DNA from: Isosphaera sp.
GTDB taxonomy: Bacteria; Planctomycetota; Planctomycetia; Gemmatales; Gemmataceae
NCBI GenBank assembly: GCA_013822345.1
Contig: PNKH01000032.1
Location: 643 to 64,642 of the forward strand
Direction: 5' to 3'
DNA length: 64,000 bases
Each line of letters starts with the position of its first letter. Positions within the stretch are counted from its first letter, which is position 1. Position numbers and translations under genes: made by a program. Shown here one piece after another: positions 37,282-45,298 of the stretch. The notes under the pieces were generated by a model that saw only the letters and a list, made by a program, of their open reading frames with translations, made no database searches and had not been told where the DNA came from.

Positions 37282-38229
37282 TCACCTCGGCGACGACGGG
37301 ACGGCCGTCACCGTCGGGAAGGTGCGGGACGTGCTGACCGCCTCCGGGCTCCCGATACCTAGGGTCCGCAGCCGGAAGCTGCCGGCGGTCTTCTTCAGGT
37401 TGACCACGCTCAGCCGGACCGGCCGGCCGTCGTAGTGCAGGACGAGGCCGGCGGCGTCGAGGAAGGCGTTCACGCGGGCGGTCACGTCCCGGGCCTGGCT
37501 GGCCTGGGCGGCGGACTTCCCGGCCAGGGCGTCCAAGATCGGCTGGAGTCGGGCCGCGGCCTCGGCGGGTGTCCCGCCCACGACCCGCAGGGCAGCCAGG
37601 TCGGTGACGGCTTCGGCCGAAAACAACTCGTGTGCCTTCGGCTTGCGGCCGGCCGGGGCGGTCGCGGACCGGGCCGGGGTGGTGGTCGTCGCGAACTCGA
37701 CCCGCACCCAGCCGCCGCCCCCGGGGTGATAGACCACCGTCCGTCCCGGTTGGGCGACCTTCGGCCCGCGGAGTCCGCTCAGGTAGGCCGCCAGTACGGC
37801 GGTGAAGTCCGGGCCGAAGGTCACGCCGGTGCCGGCCGCCTGGCCGGTGAAGTGCAGGTACCGACCGCGGCCGGCGATCGCCAGGTCGGCCGCGGTCATC
37901 TCGGCCGTCCGCACCGCCTCCTCGAACGCCACCTTGAACACCCAACCGCGGGTCGCGTCCGTCCCGGCGAGCAGTTGCCGGGGGAGCGGCCCGAGGCCGG
38001 GTTCTGCGTCCCAGGTCCGCCACTCGTTCCCGGCCAGGTCGAGATAGACGGCGAACGGTTTCGGTTCGGGCGGGGCCGGCGCGCGCGGCCCCGTGCCCGT
38101 CGGTACGGGTTCCCGGCCGCCGCCGCGGGGTTCCCGCCCGAGGTCGAGCGGGCGGGACGCCGGGTCCGTGCCCGGCTGCTGCCGGCCGCGACCCCGGCCG
38201 CCTCCCGAATCGCCCGTCTTGTCCGCCAT
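37282..38229 (-). CDS. Hypothetical protein
   Basis: Long ORF with GC-rich third positions, divergent from parB; start uncertain (38229 or 38253). Confidence 0.6.
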   Translation of the reverse strand: MADKTGDSGGGRGRGRQQPGTDPASRPLDLGREPRGGGREPVPTGTGPRAPAPPEPKPFAVYLDLAGNEWRTWDAEPGLGPLPRQLLAGTDATRGWVFKVAFEEAVRTAEMTAADLAIAGRGRYLHFTGQAAGTGVTFGPDFTAVLAAYLSGLRGPKVAQPGRTVVYHPGGGGWVRVEFATTTTPARSATAPAGRKPKAHELFSAEAVTDLAALRVVGGTPAEAAARLQPILDALAGKSAAQASQARDVTARVNAFLDAAGLVLHYDGRPVRLSVVNLKKTAGSFRLRTLGIGSPEAVSTSRTFPTVTAVPSSPR

Positions 38230-38339
38230 CTTATTCCCCTCGGTCCCGGCCATTATCCGCGTTCGCACACCCGTTTTCGACCCTTCTCTGCCGGCAGCGG
38301 TTGGTGCGGGCATTTCGTGAGCAGGGGGCTTGGCGCTGT

Positions 38340-38362
38340 TTGGATTACAATATAGAATCCAA
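38340..38362. promoter_or_regulatory. AT-rich 7-9-7 inverted repeat in a divergent promoter
   Basis: ttggatt-acaatatag-aatccaa. Confidence 0.55.
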
Positions 38363-38422
38363 TTAGCACCCGCCACCCCAACTCGCTCACAAGTCGTTCG
38401 CCTGCCTCCCACGGAGAATCCG

Positions 38423-39304
38423 ATGACCGCCCCGCCGCAACCCACACCGGCTGCCACCCCGCCGCCGGCCGGGCCGATCCGTGACATCCCACTCGACCAG
38501 ATCCACACCGCCAAGCAGCCCCGCGAGGGGTTCGACGAGGCCCGGATGGCCGAGCTGGTGGCCAGCTTCAAAGCCGTCGGCCAGCTCGCGCCGGTCCGCG
38601 TCCGGCCCCGCCCGGCCGGCGGGTTCGACCTGGTCTTTGGCGAGCGCCGCTATCGCGCCGCCAAGCAAATCGGCTGGACATCAATCCGGGCCGAGGTGGC
38701 GGCCGGCGACCCGTCCCCGGCCGACGTGCTCCACGAGCAACTGGCCGAGAACTTGTTCCGCGACGCCTTCAAGCCGGTCGAGCGGGCCCGCGGGTTCCGC
38801 GACCTCATGCAACTGAAGGGGTGGACCGCCAAGCAACTGGCGGCGGCACTCGCCCTGTCCGAGGCGACCGTCAGCCAGGCTCTGCGGCTCCTCGACCTGC
38901 ACCCGGACCTACAAGCCGCGATCGACGCCGGCCGGGTGACGGCCGCCGCCGGGTACGAGTTGGCGAAGCGCCCGGTTGCCGAGCAGCAGGAGGCGGCCCG
39001 GCAGGCCCGCCAGGGGCGTCCGGCCCGCGCGGGGGCCAAGGCGAAGGCCGCCAAGCGGCCGCCCCTGACCCTCTCCCTGCCCGGCAACCACTTCGACTTC
39101 GAGGTGGTCGGCAACCGGGTGACGGTCAAGGGCAAGGAGATCGACTCCGTCCGCCTGCTGAACGACGTGCTGCTCGAACTCGTCGCCGCCGTCCGCGCCC
39201 ACCTCCGCTCGACCGAGCTTCCGAACGCGAACACGAAGTCGAAATCTCAACCGCTCGCCCCTCACCCCAAGCCGTCCGACCCGGACGGCCGTGCGTCCGC
39301 GTGA
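38423..39304 (+). CDS. parB: ParB/RepB/Spo0J-family protein
   Basis: IPLDQI...QPRE.FD, GQLAPVRV, LVFGERRYRAA, QLAENL.R, HTH (WTAKQLAAALALSEATVSQAL). Confidence 0.85.
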   Translation: MTAPPQPTPAATPPPAGPIRDIPLDQIHTAKQPREGFDEARMAELVASFKAVGQLAPVRVRPRPAGGFDLVFGERRYRAAKQIGWTSIRAEVAAGDPSPADVLHEQLAENLFRDAFKPVERARGFRDLMQLKGWTAKQLAAALALSEATVSQALRLLDLHPDLQAAIDAGRVTAAAGYELAKRPVAEQQEAARQARQGRPARAGAKAKAAKRPPLTLSLPGNHFDFEVVGNRVTVKGKEIDSVRLLNDVLLELVAAVRAHLRSTELPNANTKSKSQPLAPHPKPSDPDGRASA

Positions 39305-39321
39305 CGCGAAGGAGGACTGCC

Positions 39322-40035
39322 GTGTCCCAGTTAGCCGTGTCCAAGTGGCTCCCGCCGGCCTTGGTGCCGCTCGCCCGGCGGAAGCCCGCGCCCCCGTCGG
39401 CCAGCCCCAACCCGCGGGTACCGTGCGTCGTGGTCCTCGACTGCTCGACCTCGATGGCCGGCGACCCAATCACCCAGGTGAACGCCGGGACGGCCGAGTT
39501 CGCCCGGTTCCTCAAGGCCGATCGCCTGACCGCGGCCGACGTCGAGGTCGCCGTGGTGACGGTCGGCGGCGAGGCGAAGGTCGCCCACCCGTTCACCCCC
39601 GCGGCGGAGTTCGACCCGCCGGTCCTGACTGCCGGCGGCGGCACCCCGCTCGGCCGCGGGCTGGCCACCGGCCTGCAACTCCTCCACGAGCGGCAACAGG
39701 TGTACCGGGACCTCGACCTGGACGCCCACAAGCCGTGCCTGCTGCTCCTGACCGACGGGGCGGAGACCGCCTCCCCGGACGAGTTCCGCCGGGCCGGGGA
39801 AGCGACCCGCGCCCTCCAGCAGCGGGGCCTGATCCGCTTCTACCCCGTCGGCGTGGACGGGGCCGACATGGCGGCCCTGGCCACCCTCACGGTGGACGAG
39901 CCGTACCGGCTCCGCGGGCTGAACTTCCAGGCCCTGTTCGCCTGGCTCGGCCGATCCCTCCGGTCGGTCAGCCGCAGCCGACCCGGAGACGACTTCGAGC
40001 CGGACGACCCCCGCGACTGTGGGATCGCCGAGTGA
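39322..40035 (+). CDS. TerY/YegL-like vWA domain protein
   Basis: MIDAS VLDCSTSM, GGTPLG, LLLTDG, F.WLGRSLRSVSRS; GGAGG RBS and GTG start. Confidence 0.85.
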   Translation: MSQLAVSKWLPPALVPLARRKPAPPSASPNPRVPCVVVLDCSTSMAGDPITQVNAGTAEFARFLKADRLTAADVEVAVVTVGGEAKVAHPFTPAAEFDPPVLTAGGGTPLGRGLATGLQLLHERQQVYRDLDLDAHKPCLLLLTDGAETASPDEFRRAGEATRALQQRGLIRFYPVGVDGADMAALATLTVDEPYRLRGLNFQALFAWLGRSLRSVSRSRPGDDFEPDDPRDCGIAE

Positions 40036-40048
40036 GGGGGAAGTAATC

Positions 40049-41209
40049 GTGAAGCTGCGGTGCCACAAGTCCGGCGACGTGCTCACGCCCGCCGACCCAC
40101 TCGGGGTCGGCGGGCAGGCGTCCGTGTACGGCGTCGCGGGCCGACCGGACTTGGCGGTCAAGGTGTACGACACCCCGCCGACCGACCTCGGGGACCGGCT
40201 GGCCGCCATGCTCGCCCGCCCTCCGGCCGGGCTGCTGGACGTGACCGCCCCCGCAGCCGTCGCCTGGCCGCTCGACTCCGTGATCGGGGCGAACGGGCGG
40301 TGCGTCGGTTTGGTGCTCCCGCGGGTGACCGGACGGACCAGCTTCGGTGAGGTGGTCAACCCGGCCGCCCGCCCCGTCGGCGTCGGGTTCGGCGTGCTGG
40401 TGCGGGCTGCCCGGAACCTGGCGGCGGCGGTTGCGGGACTGCACGCGGCCGGCGTGCAGCCCGGCGACCTGAACCCGAACAACGCCCTGGTCGGGCCGAA
40501 CGGGGAGGTCGTTCTGATCGACACCGACTCCGCCCAAGTCCCGGCGCCAAACGGACTGTTCCGGTGCCCGGTCGGGGTGCCCGAGTGGCGGCCGCCGGAA
40601 CTGCAAGGGCTTCCGATCGGGTCGGTTGACCTCCGCCCGTGCCACGACTTGTTCGCCCTCGGGGCGTTGGTGTTCACGGCCTTGATGGACGGGAATCACC
40701 CGTTCGCCGGTGCCCCGGTCCGGGGAACTGCCGTCCCGGTGCCCGAGCGGATCAAACAAGGCTGGTGGCCGTACGCCCGGCGGTCGCCGTACCGCCCGCG
40801 CCGCCAGTCCCCGCCGTTCGCCGGGCTGCCCGGCGAAGTCCAAGCCCTGTTCCGGCAGTGTTTCGAGGCCGGGCACGCCGCGCCACTGGCCCGACCGTCG
40901 GCGACCACCTGGGTGGACGTGCTCGACCGTGTCCTGACCGGCCCGGTCGTCCCGCCCGCCGCGGCCACCCCGACCGTCACCGTCCCGGCTTCAACGATCT
41001 GGCCGGACTGGGTCCGCATCCGGGAGTGGGCCGCCCGCCGGTGGGGGCCGGTCCGGCGACGGCCTCGAACGGCGGCGGCCGTTGCGCTGCTGACCGCCGC
41101 CGGCGTCGCGGCGGGCGTGTGGGTGCAGAAACCGAAACAACCACCCGGCCCGGGCGGGAAACCGACCCCGGCCCTGTGGCAGGAACTCCGCCGCGAACCA
41201 CGGCGGTGA
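40049..41209 (+). CDS. YegI-like Ser/Thr kinase with C-terminal TM segment
   Basis: LGVGGQASVY, LAVKVY, VAWP, GDLNPNN, LIDTDS, PPELQG, DLFALG, GNHPF. Confidence 0.8.
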   Translation: MKLRCHKSGDVLTPADPLGVGGQASVYGVAGRPDLAVKVYDTPPTDLGDRLAAMLARPPAGLLDVTAPAAVAWPLDSVIGANGRCVGLVLPRVTGRTSFGEVVNPAARPVGVGFGVLVRAARNLAAAVAGLHAAGVQPGDLNPNNALVGPNGEVVLIDTDSAQVPAPNGLFRCPVGVPEWRPPELQGLPIGSVDLRPCHDLFALGALVFTALMDGNHPFAGAPVRGTAVPVPERIKQGWWPYARRSPYRPRRQSPPFAGLPGEVQALFRQCFEAGHAAPLARPSATTWVDVLDRVLTGPVVPPAAATPTVTVPASTIWPDWVRIREWAARRWGPVRRRPRTAAAVALLTAAGVAAGVWVQKPKQPPGPGGKPTPALWQELRREPRR

Positions 41210-41294
41210 CGTTTTCGCAGCCCTACTGGTTGCCCGGCGCTCGCCGGGCGGGGCGGCGAAGACGGATTGATGGTTCGAGTTCGGGAGACTTCCC

Positions 41295-42332
41295 ATGAAG
41301 AACGCAGTGTTCTTCGCGGCGGCCGTAACGGCCGCCACCCTGGCGGCCGCGGCCGCCAACGCGGCCGGGCCGGACGCGGCCCCGCCCGACCCGAAGGTGC
41401 GGATGGCCCAGATCGCCAAGGAGGAGGTCGAGTACGCCGAGAAGGCGCTCGCCAAGACCGAGGCGGACATCCTCAAGGAGGTGGACGAGGCCGTCGCCGG
41501 CATGGCCCTGGACAAGCCGGGGGCCGAGAAGCTGGCGGTCGACGGCATGCGTCGGGTGGCGGCCCGCGGTCGCGCCCTGGCCAAGAAGCTGGTCGAGGGG
41601 CACGCCGCCTACGCGGCCAGCGCCAAGGCGCTCAAGGGCGTCTACGCCCGCAGCCCGGCCGTGTTCCGGGACGCGGCCAAGACGTTCCGCGGGTACGCCG
41701 CCGAGGAGGAGTTCGAGGACATCCGCAAGGACTACCTCACCTGCGCCGAGACCTGGGAGTCGCTGGCCAAGGTGATGGAGAAGCGGGTCGAGGCGATCGC
41801 GGAGGAGGAGAAGGCGATCGCCGAGACGATGCGGATGGTCGAGCGGACCGGGGTGTTCCTGGAGCGGTTCGAGGCGCACCTGGCGAGCTATCCGGACCTG
41901 TCGGCCGGGGAGGACCGGCAGAAGTTCCTCGACCAGCTCCGGCGGTACGTGCAGACGTACGAGGGGCTGCGCGGGAGCCTGGGCAAGTTCAACGAGCAGC
42001 TCAAGAAGCAGGCCCTGGCCCCGGACCTCCGGCCCAAGGCCGGGGACGCGGCCGTCGCCAGCGGCCGGCCGGACGCAGCCCGGCAGCCGGCCGTCAACCC
42101 GGCGGTGAAGCCCGCGACCCCGGCCGAGCCGGCGGCCCCCGTCAATCACACCCCGGTGACGCCGGCGACAACCGCCGTCGCGGGGCAGGCTGACGGCACC
42201 GTGAGGATCCCGGTCGGCGAGTTCGTGGTTATCGAGAACGGCCGGGCCTACTTGGTCCGGATGTCGGTCCTCGCCCGCCCGGTGCCCGCCGCCGGGACTG
42301 GGAGCACCAGCCTGGCCATGACAGGCCGTTAG
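41295..42332 (+). CDS. Secreted coiled-coil protein
   Basis: Ala-rich signal peptide; long Lys/Glu/Ala helical region; Pro/Ala linker; short C-terminal beta domain. Confidence 0.7.
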   Translation: MKNAVFFAAAVTAATLAAAAANAAGPDAAPPDPKVRMAQIAKEEVEYAEKALAKTEADILKEVDEAVAGMALDKPGAEKLAVDGMRRVAARGRALAKKLVEGHAAYAASAKALKGVYARSPAVFRDAAKTFRGYAAEEEFEDIRKDYLTCAETWESLAKVMEKRVEAIAEEEKAIAETMRMVERTGVFLERFEAHLASYPDLSAGEDRQKFLDQLRRYVQTYEGLRGSLGKFNEQLKKQALAPDLRPKAGDAAVASGRPDAARQPAVNPAVKPATPAEPAAPVNHTPVTPATTAVAGQADGTVRIPVGEFVVIENGRAYLVRMSVLARPVPAAGTGSTSLAMTGR

Positions 42333-42341
42333 CCGTCTCTC

Positions 42342-42371
42342 GCCGGCCCGGGTATCGAACCCCGGGCCGGC
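42342..42371. terminator. 11-bp perfect hairpin after the kinase operon (terminator-like or oriT-associated)
   Basis: gccggcccggg-tatcgaac-cccgggccggc; no clear U-tract. Confidence 0.4.
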
Positions 42372-42466
42372 TCCCCTCCCGCCCGCGCGGGCCGGTTGAG
42401 TAGGCCCGCGGGGCGTGGTAGGGATCGCCCTCGAACCGCAATCAAACCCCGTTTTTCCGTGGTGCC

Positions 42467-42763
42467 ATGTCCACCCGTTCCAAACCGGTCGGCTTCCGCC
42501 TGTCCACCCCCGCCGCCAAGCGGCTTGCGGCCGCGGCCGCCCGGCACGGGCTGTCCCCGGGCACCTATGCCCGCCGGCTGGTGCTGGCGGGCCTGGACGA
42601 CGACGCCGGCCGGCAGGCGCTGGACGAACTGGCCGCCGTCCGGGAGCAGTTGGCCCGGCTTCGGGCCGACCTGGTCCGGGTCGCCGTGGCCCTCTTGACC
42701 GACGCCGGCAAGGCCGAACTGGACGATGCCGAGGCGTGGGCCCGCGATCACCTTCGGGGATGA
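42467..42763 (+). CDS. MobC-like relaxosome accessory protein
   Basis: KPVGFRL...KRLAAAAARHGLSPGTYARRLV RHH pattern followed by a coiled coil; directly upstream of the relaxase. Confidence 0.65.
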   Translation: MSTRSKPVGFRLSTPAAKRLAAAAARHGLSPGTYARRLVLAGLDDDAGRQALDELAAVREQLARLRADLVRVAVALLTDAGKAELDDAEAWARDHLRG

Positions 42764-42787
42764 CCTGTCATGTTGTGGGTGTTCGTC

Positions 42788-45298
42788 ATGCTGTCGATCT
42801 CCGCGATGGCCAACGGCCAGGAGAACTACTACCTGTCGCTCGCCCGGGAGGACTACTACCTCGCCGGCGGCGAGCCGCCCGGCCAGTGGGCCGGCGGCGG
42901 GGCCGCCCTCCTGCGGCTGGCGGGTGACGTCCGCCCCGACCAACTGCGGCCACTGTTCGCGGGGTTCGCCCCGCCCGGCCTCACGCCGGCCGTAGTCGGG
43001 TCGGACCGCACCAAGCTGGTGGCCAACGCCGGCGCGGACGACCGTCAAGCCGGGTGGGACCTGACGTTCTCCGCCCCGAAGAGCGTGAGCGTCTACTGGG
43101 CCCAGGCCGACGCGGACAGGCGGGTCGCCGTCCAAGCCGCGCAGGCGGCCGCGGTCCGGGCCGCCCTCCGCTACCTGGACGAGGAGTGTGCCTGGACCCG
43201 CCGGGGCAAGGGCGGGGTCGAGGTCGAGCGGTGCGGGCTGGTGACAGCCCTGTTCGAGCACGGCACGTCCCGCGCGCAGGACCCCAACCTGCACACCCAC
43301 GTCCTGGTCCTCAACGTCGGCGTCCGGGCCGACGGCACCACCGGCACCGTGCTGTCCCGGCCGTTCTACGAGGCCAAGATGGCGGCCGGGGCCGTCTACC
43401 GGGCGGAACTCGCCCACCAACTTCAACTCCGGCTCGGGCTTGAGTGCCGGGCGGAGAAGACGTGGTTCGAGCTGGCGAACGTCCCCCAGGCCGCCCTCGA
43501 CGCCTTCTCCACCCGCCGGGCGGAGATCGAGGCGTCGTTGAACGGGTCCGGCCGGTCCGGGCCGCGGGCCGCCGAGTACGCCGCCCTCGACACCCGAACG
43601 GCCAAGGAGTGCCGCCCCCGTGCCGACCTGTTCCACGACTGGCTGGCCGCCGGCCGGAACGTCGGGTTCGGTCCCGACCAGGCCCGCGACCTCGAAGGCC
43701 GTGTCCGCCCGGATGCCGACCCGGTGGCCCGGCTCCGGGCCGTCCTCGCCGAATCGGCCGTGGCACTGGCGGATAGCCTCGGCCATTTCACCGAGCGGGC
43801 GTTGTTGCGGCGGACGGCCGAGGCCGTCCAGACCGCCGGGGTGCCCGTCGCGGCCGTCCGGGCGGCGGTCAAGGATTACCTGCACCACTCCCCGGACCTG
43901 GTCCGGCTCGGCGACAAGGACCGGACGCCCCACTACACCACGGCCGACGTGTACGCCGTCGAGCAGGGTCTGCTCAAGCTCGCCCAGGCCGGGCACGGCA
44001 ACCGCCACCACGACCTCCCGAGCCGGACCGTCGAGGAAACGCGGGCCGCGTTCCCGCGGCTGAACGCCGAGCAGACGGGTGCCCTGCTGCACCTCGCCCG
44101 GGGCGGGGGCACGATCCGGGTCGTCGGCGGGCTGGCCGGAACCGGCAAGACGACACTTTTGGACGCGGCCCGCGACGCCTGGGAGCGGGACGGCCGCACG
44201 GTCGTCGGCGCGGCCCTGGCCGGCAAGGCCGCTCAAGGACTCCAGGACGGGGCGAAGATCGCCAGTGAGACGATTCACCGCCAACTGATGGACTTGGATT
44301 CCGGACGGCTGACGCTCGACGCCAAGTCCGTACTGGTGGTGGACGAGGCGGGGATGGTCGGCACCCGGCTGCTCGCCCGGCTGGCCGAACACGCCCGTAA
44401 GGCCGACGCCCTGCTGGTCCTGGTCGGCGACCACCGACAACTTCAGAGCATCGACGCCGGCGGGGCGTTCAAGGCCCTCGGCGACCGGCTCGGCCGGGCC
44501 GAGTTGACCCAGATCACCCGCCAGACGGAGCGGTGGGCGAGGGACGCCGTCCGCCAGGTGGCCGAGGGGGATGCGGCGGCGGCCCTCCGGAAGTTCGCCG
44601 ACCGCGGGCTACTGACGGTTTGTGACGACCGGTTTGCCGCAGCCCGGCAGATCGCCGCCGACTGGGGGCGGGCCGGGGCGGTGGCACCGGAGCGTCACCT
44701 GGTCTTCACGGGCGAGAACCGGGACGCCGCTCTCCTCAACCGGCTGTGTCAGGCCGAGCGGGCGGCTCGGGGGTTTCTTCACGGCCCCGGAGTCGATGTC
44801 GGTGGCGACCATTATCGGGCCGGCGACCGGGTGCTGTTCACCCGCAACTCGAAGCTGGTCGGCGTGAAGAACGGCAGCCTCGGCACCGTGACCGGGGTCA
44901 ACCCGGCGACCCAGGCCCTCCGCGTCCGACTGGATGGCGGGGCGACCGTCCACGTCCCACTCTCCGAGTACGCCCACCTGCGGCTCGGCTACGCGGTGAC
45001 CACGCACAAGGGCCAGGGGGTGACGGTGGACCACGCCTACGTGCTGGCCGGCGGGGCCATGACCGACCGCGAACTGTCTTACGTCCAACTCTCCCGGGCC
45101 CGCCACACCACCCGCGTCTACGTGGACCGAGCCGAGGCCGGGACGGACCTCGCCGACCTGGCCCGGGCCATGACCAAGTCGCGGCAGCACACCCTCGCCC
45201 ACGATGCCGTCCCAACCCAGGCTCCCCAGCCGAAGGCGGCCCCGACTCCCGATCCCGATCCGAAACCCGCCCCCCTTCGCCCGGAGGTATCCCGATGA
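42788..45298 (+). CDS. mobF: MOBF (TrwC-type) relaxase fused to RecD-like helicase
   Basis: NYYLSLAREDYY, DLTFSAPKSVS, HGTSRAQDPNLHTH; GLAGTGKT, VDEAGM, GDHRQL, GYAVTTHKGQG. Confidence 0.93.
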   Translation: MLSISAMANGQENYYLSLAREDYYLAGGEPPGQWAGGGAALLRLAGDVRPDQLRPLFAGFAPPGLTPAVVGSDRTKLVANAGADDRQAGWDLTFSAPKSVSVYWAQADADRRVAVQAAQAAAVRAALRYLDEECAWTRRGKGGVEVERCGLVTALFEHGTSRAQDPNLHTHVLVLNVGVRADGTTGTVLSRPFYEAKMAAGAVYRAELAHQLQLRLGLECRAEKTWFELANVPQAALDAFSTRRAEIEASLNGSGRSGPRAAEYAALDTRTAKECRPRADLFHDWLAAGRNVGFGPDQARDLEGRVRPDADPVARLRAVLAESAVALADSLGHFTERALLRRTAEAVQTAGVPVAAVRAAVKDYLHHSPDLVRLGDKDRTPHYTTADVYAVEQGLLKLAQAGHGNRHHDLPSRTVEETRAAFPRLNAEQTGALLHLARGGGTIRVVGGLAGTGKTTLLDAARDAWERDGRTVVGAALAGKAAQGLQDGAKIASETIHRQLMDLDSGRLTLDAKSVLVVDEAGMVGTRLLARLAEHARKADALLVLVGDHRQLQSIDAGGAFKALGDRLGRAELTQITRQTERWARDAVRQVAEGDAAAALRKFADRGLLTVCDDRFAAARQIAADWGRAGAVAPERHLVFTGENRDAALLNRLCQAERAARGFLHGPGVDVGGDHYRAGDRVLFTRNSKLVGVKNGSLGTVTGVNPATQALRVRLDGGATVHVPLSEYAHLRLGYAVTTHKGQGVTVDHAYVLAGGAMTDRELSYVQLSRARHTTRVYVDRAEAGTDLADLARAMTKSRQHTLAHDAVPTQAPQPKAAPTPDPDPKPAPLRPEVSR

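Noticed and set aside
42342-42371. GGTTCGA in the minus-strand hairpin as a tRNA T-arm or tRNA-derived att site
   Set aside because: The stem register does not fit a T-arm and there is no acceptor, D or anticodon arm; no tRNA or rRNA gene recognised in the window
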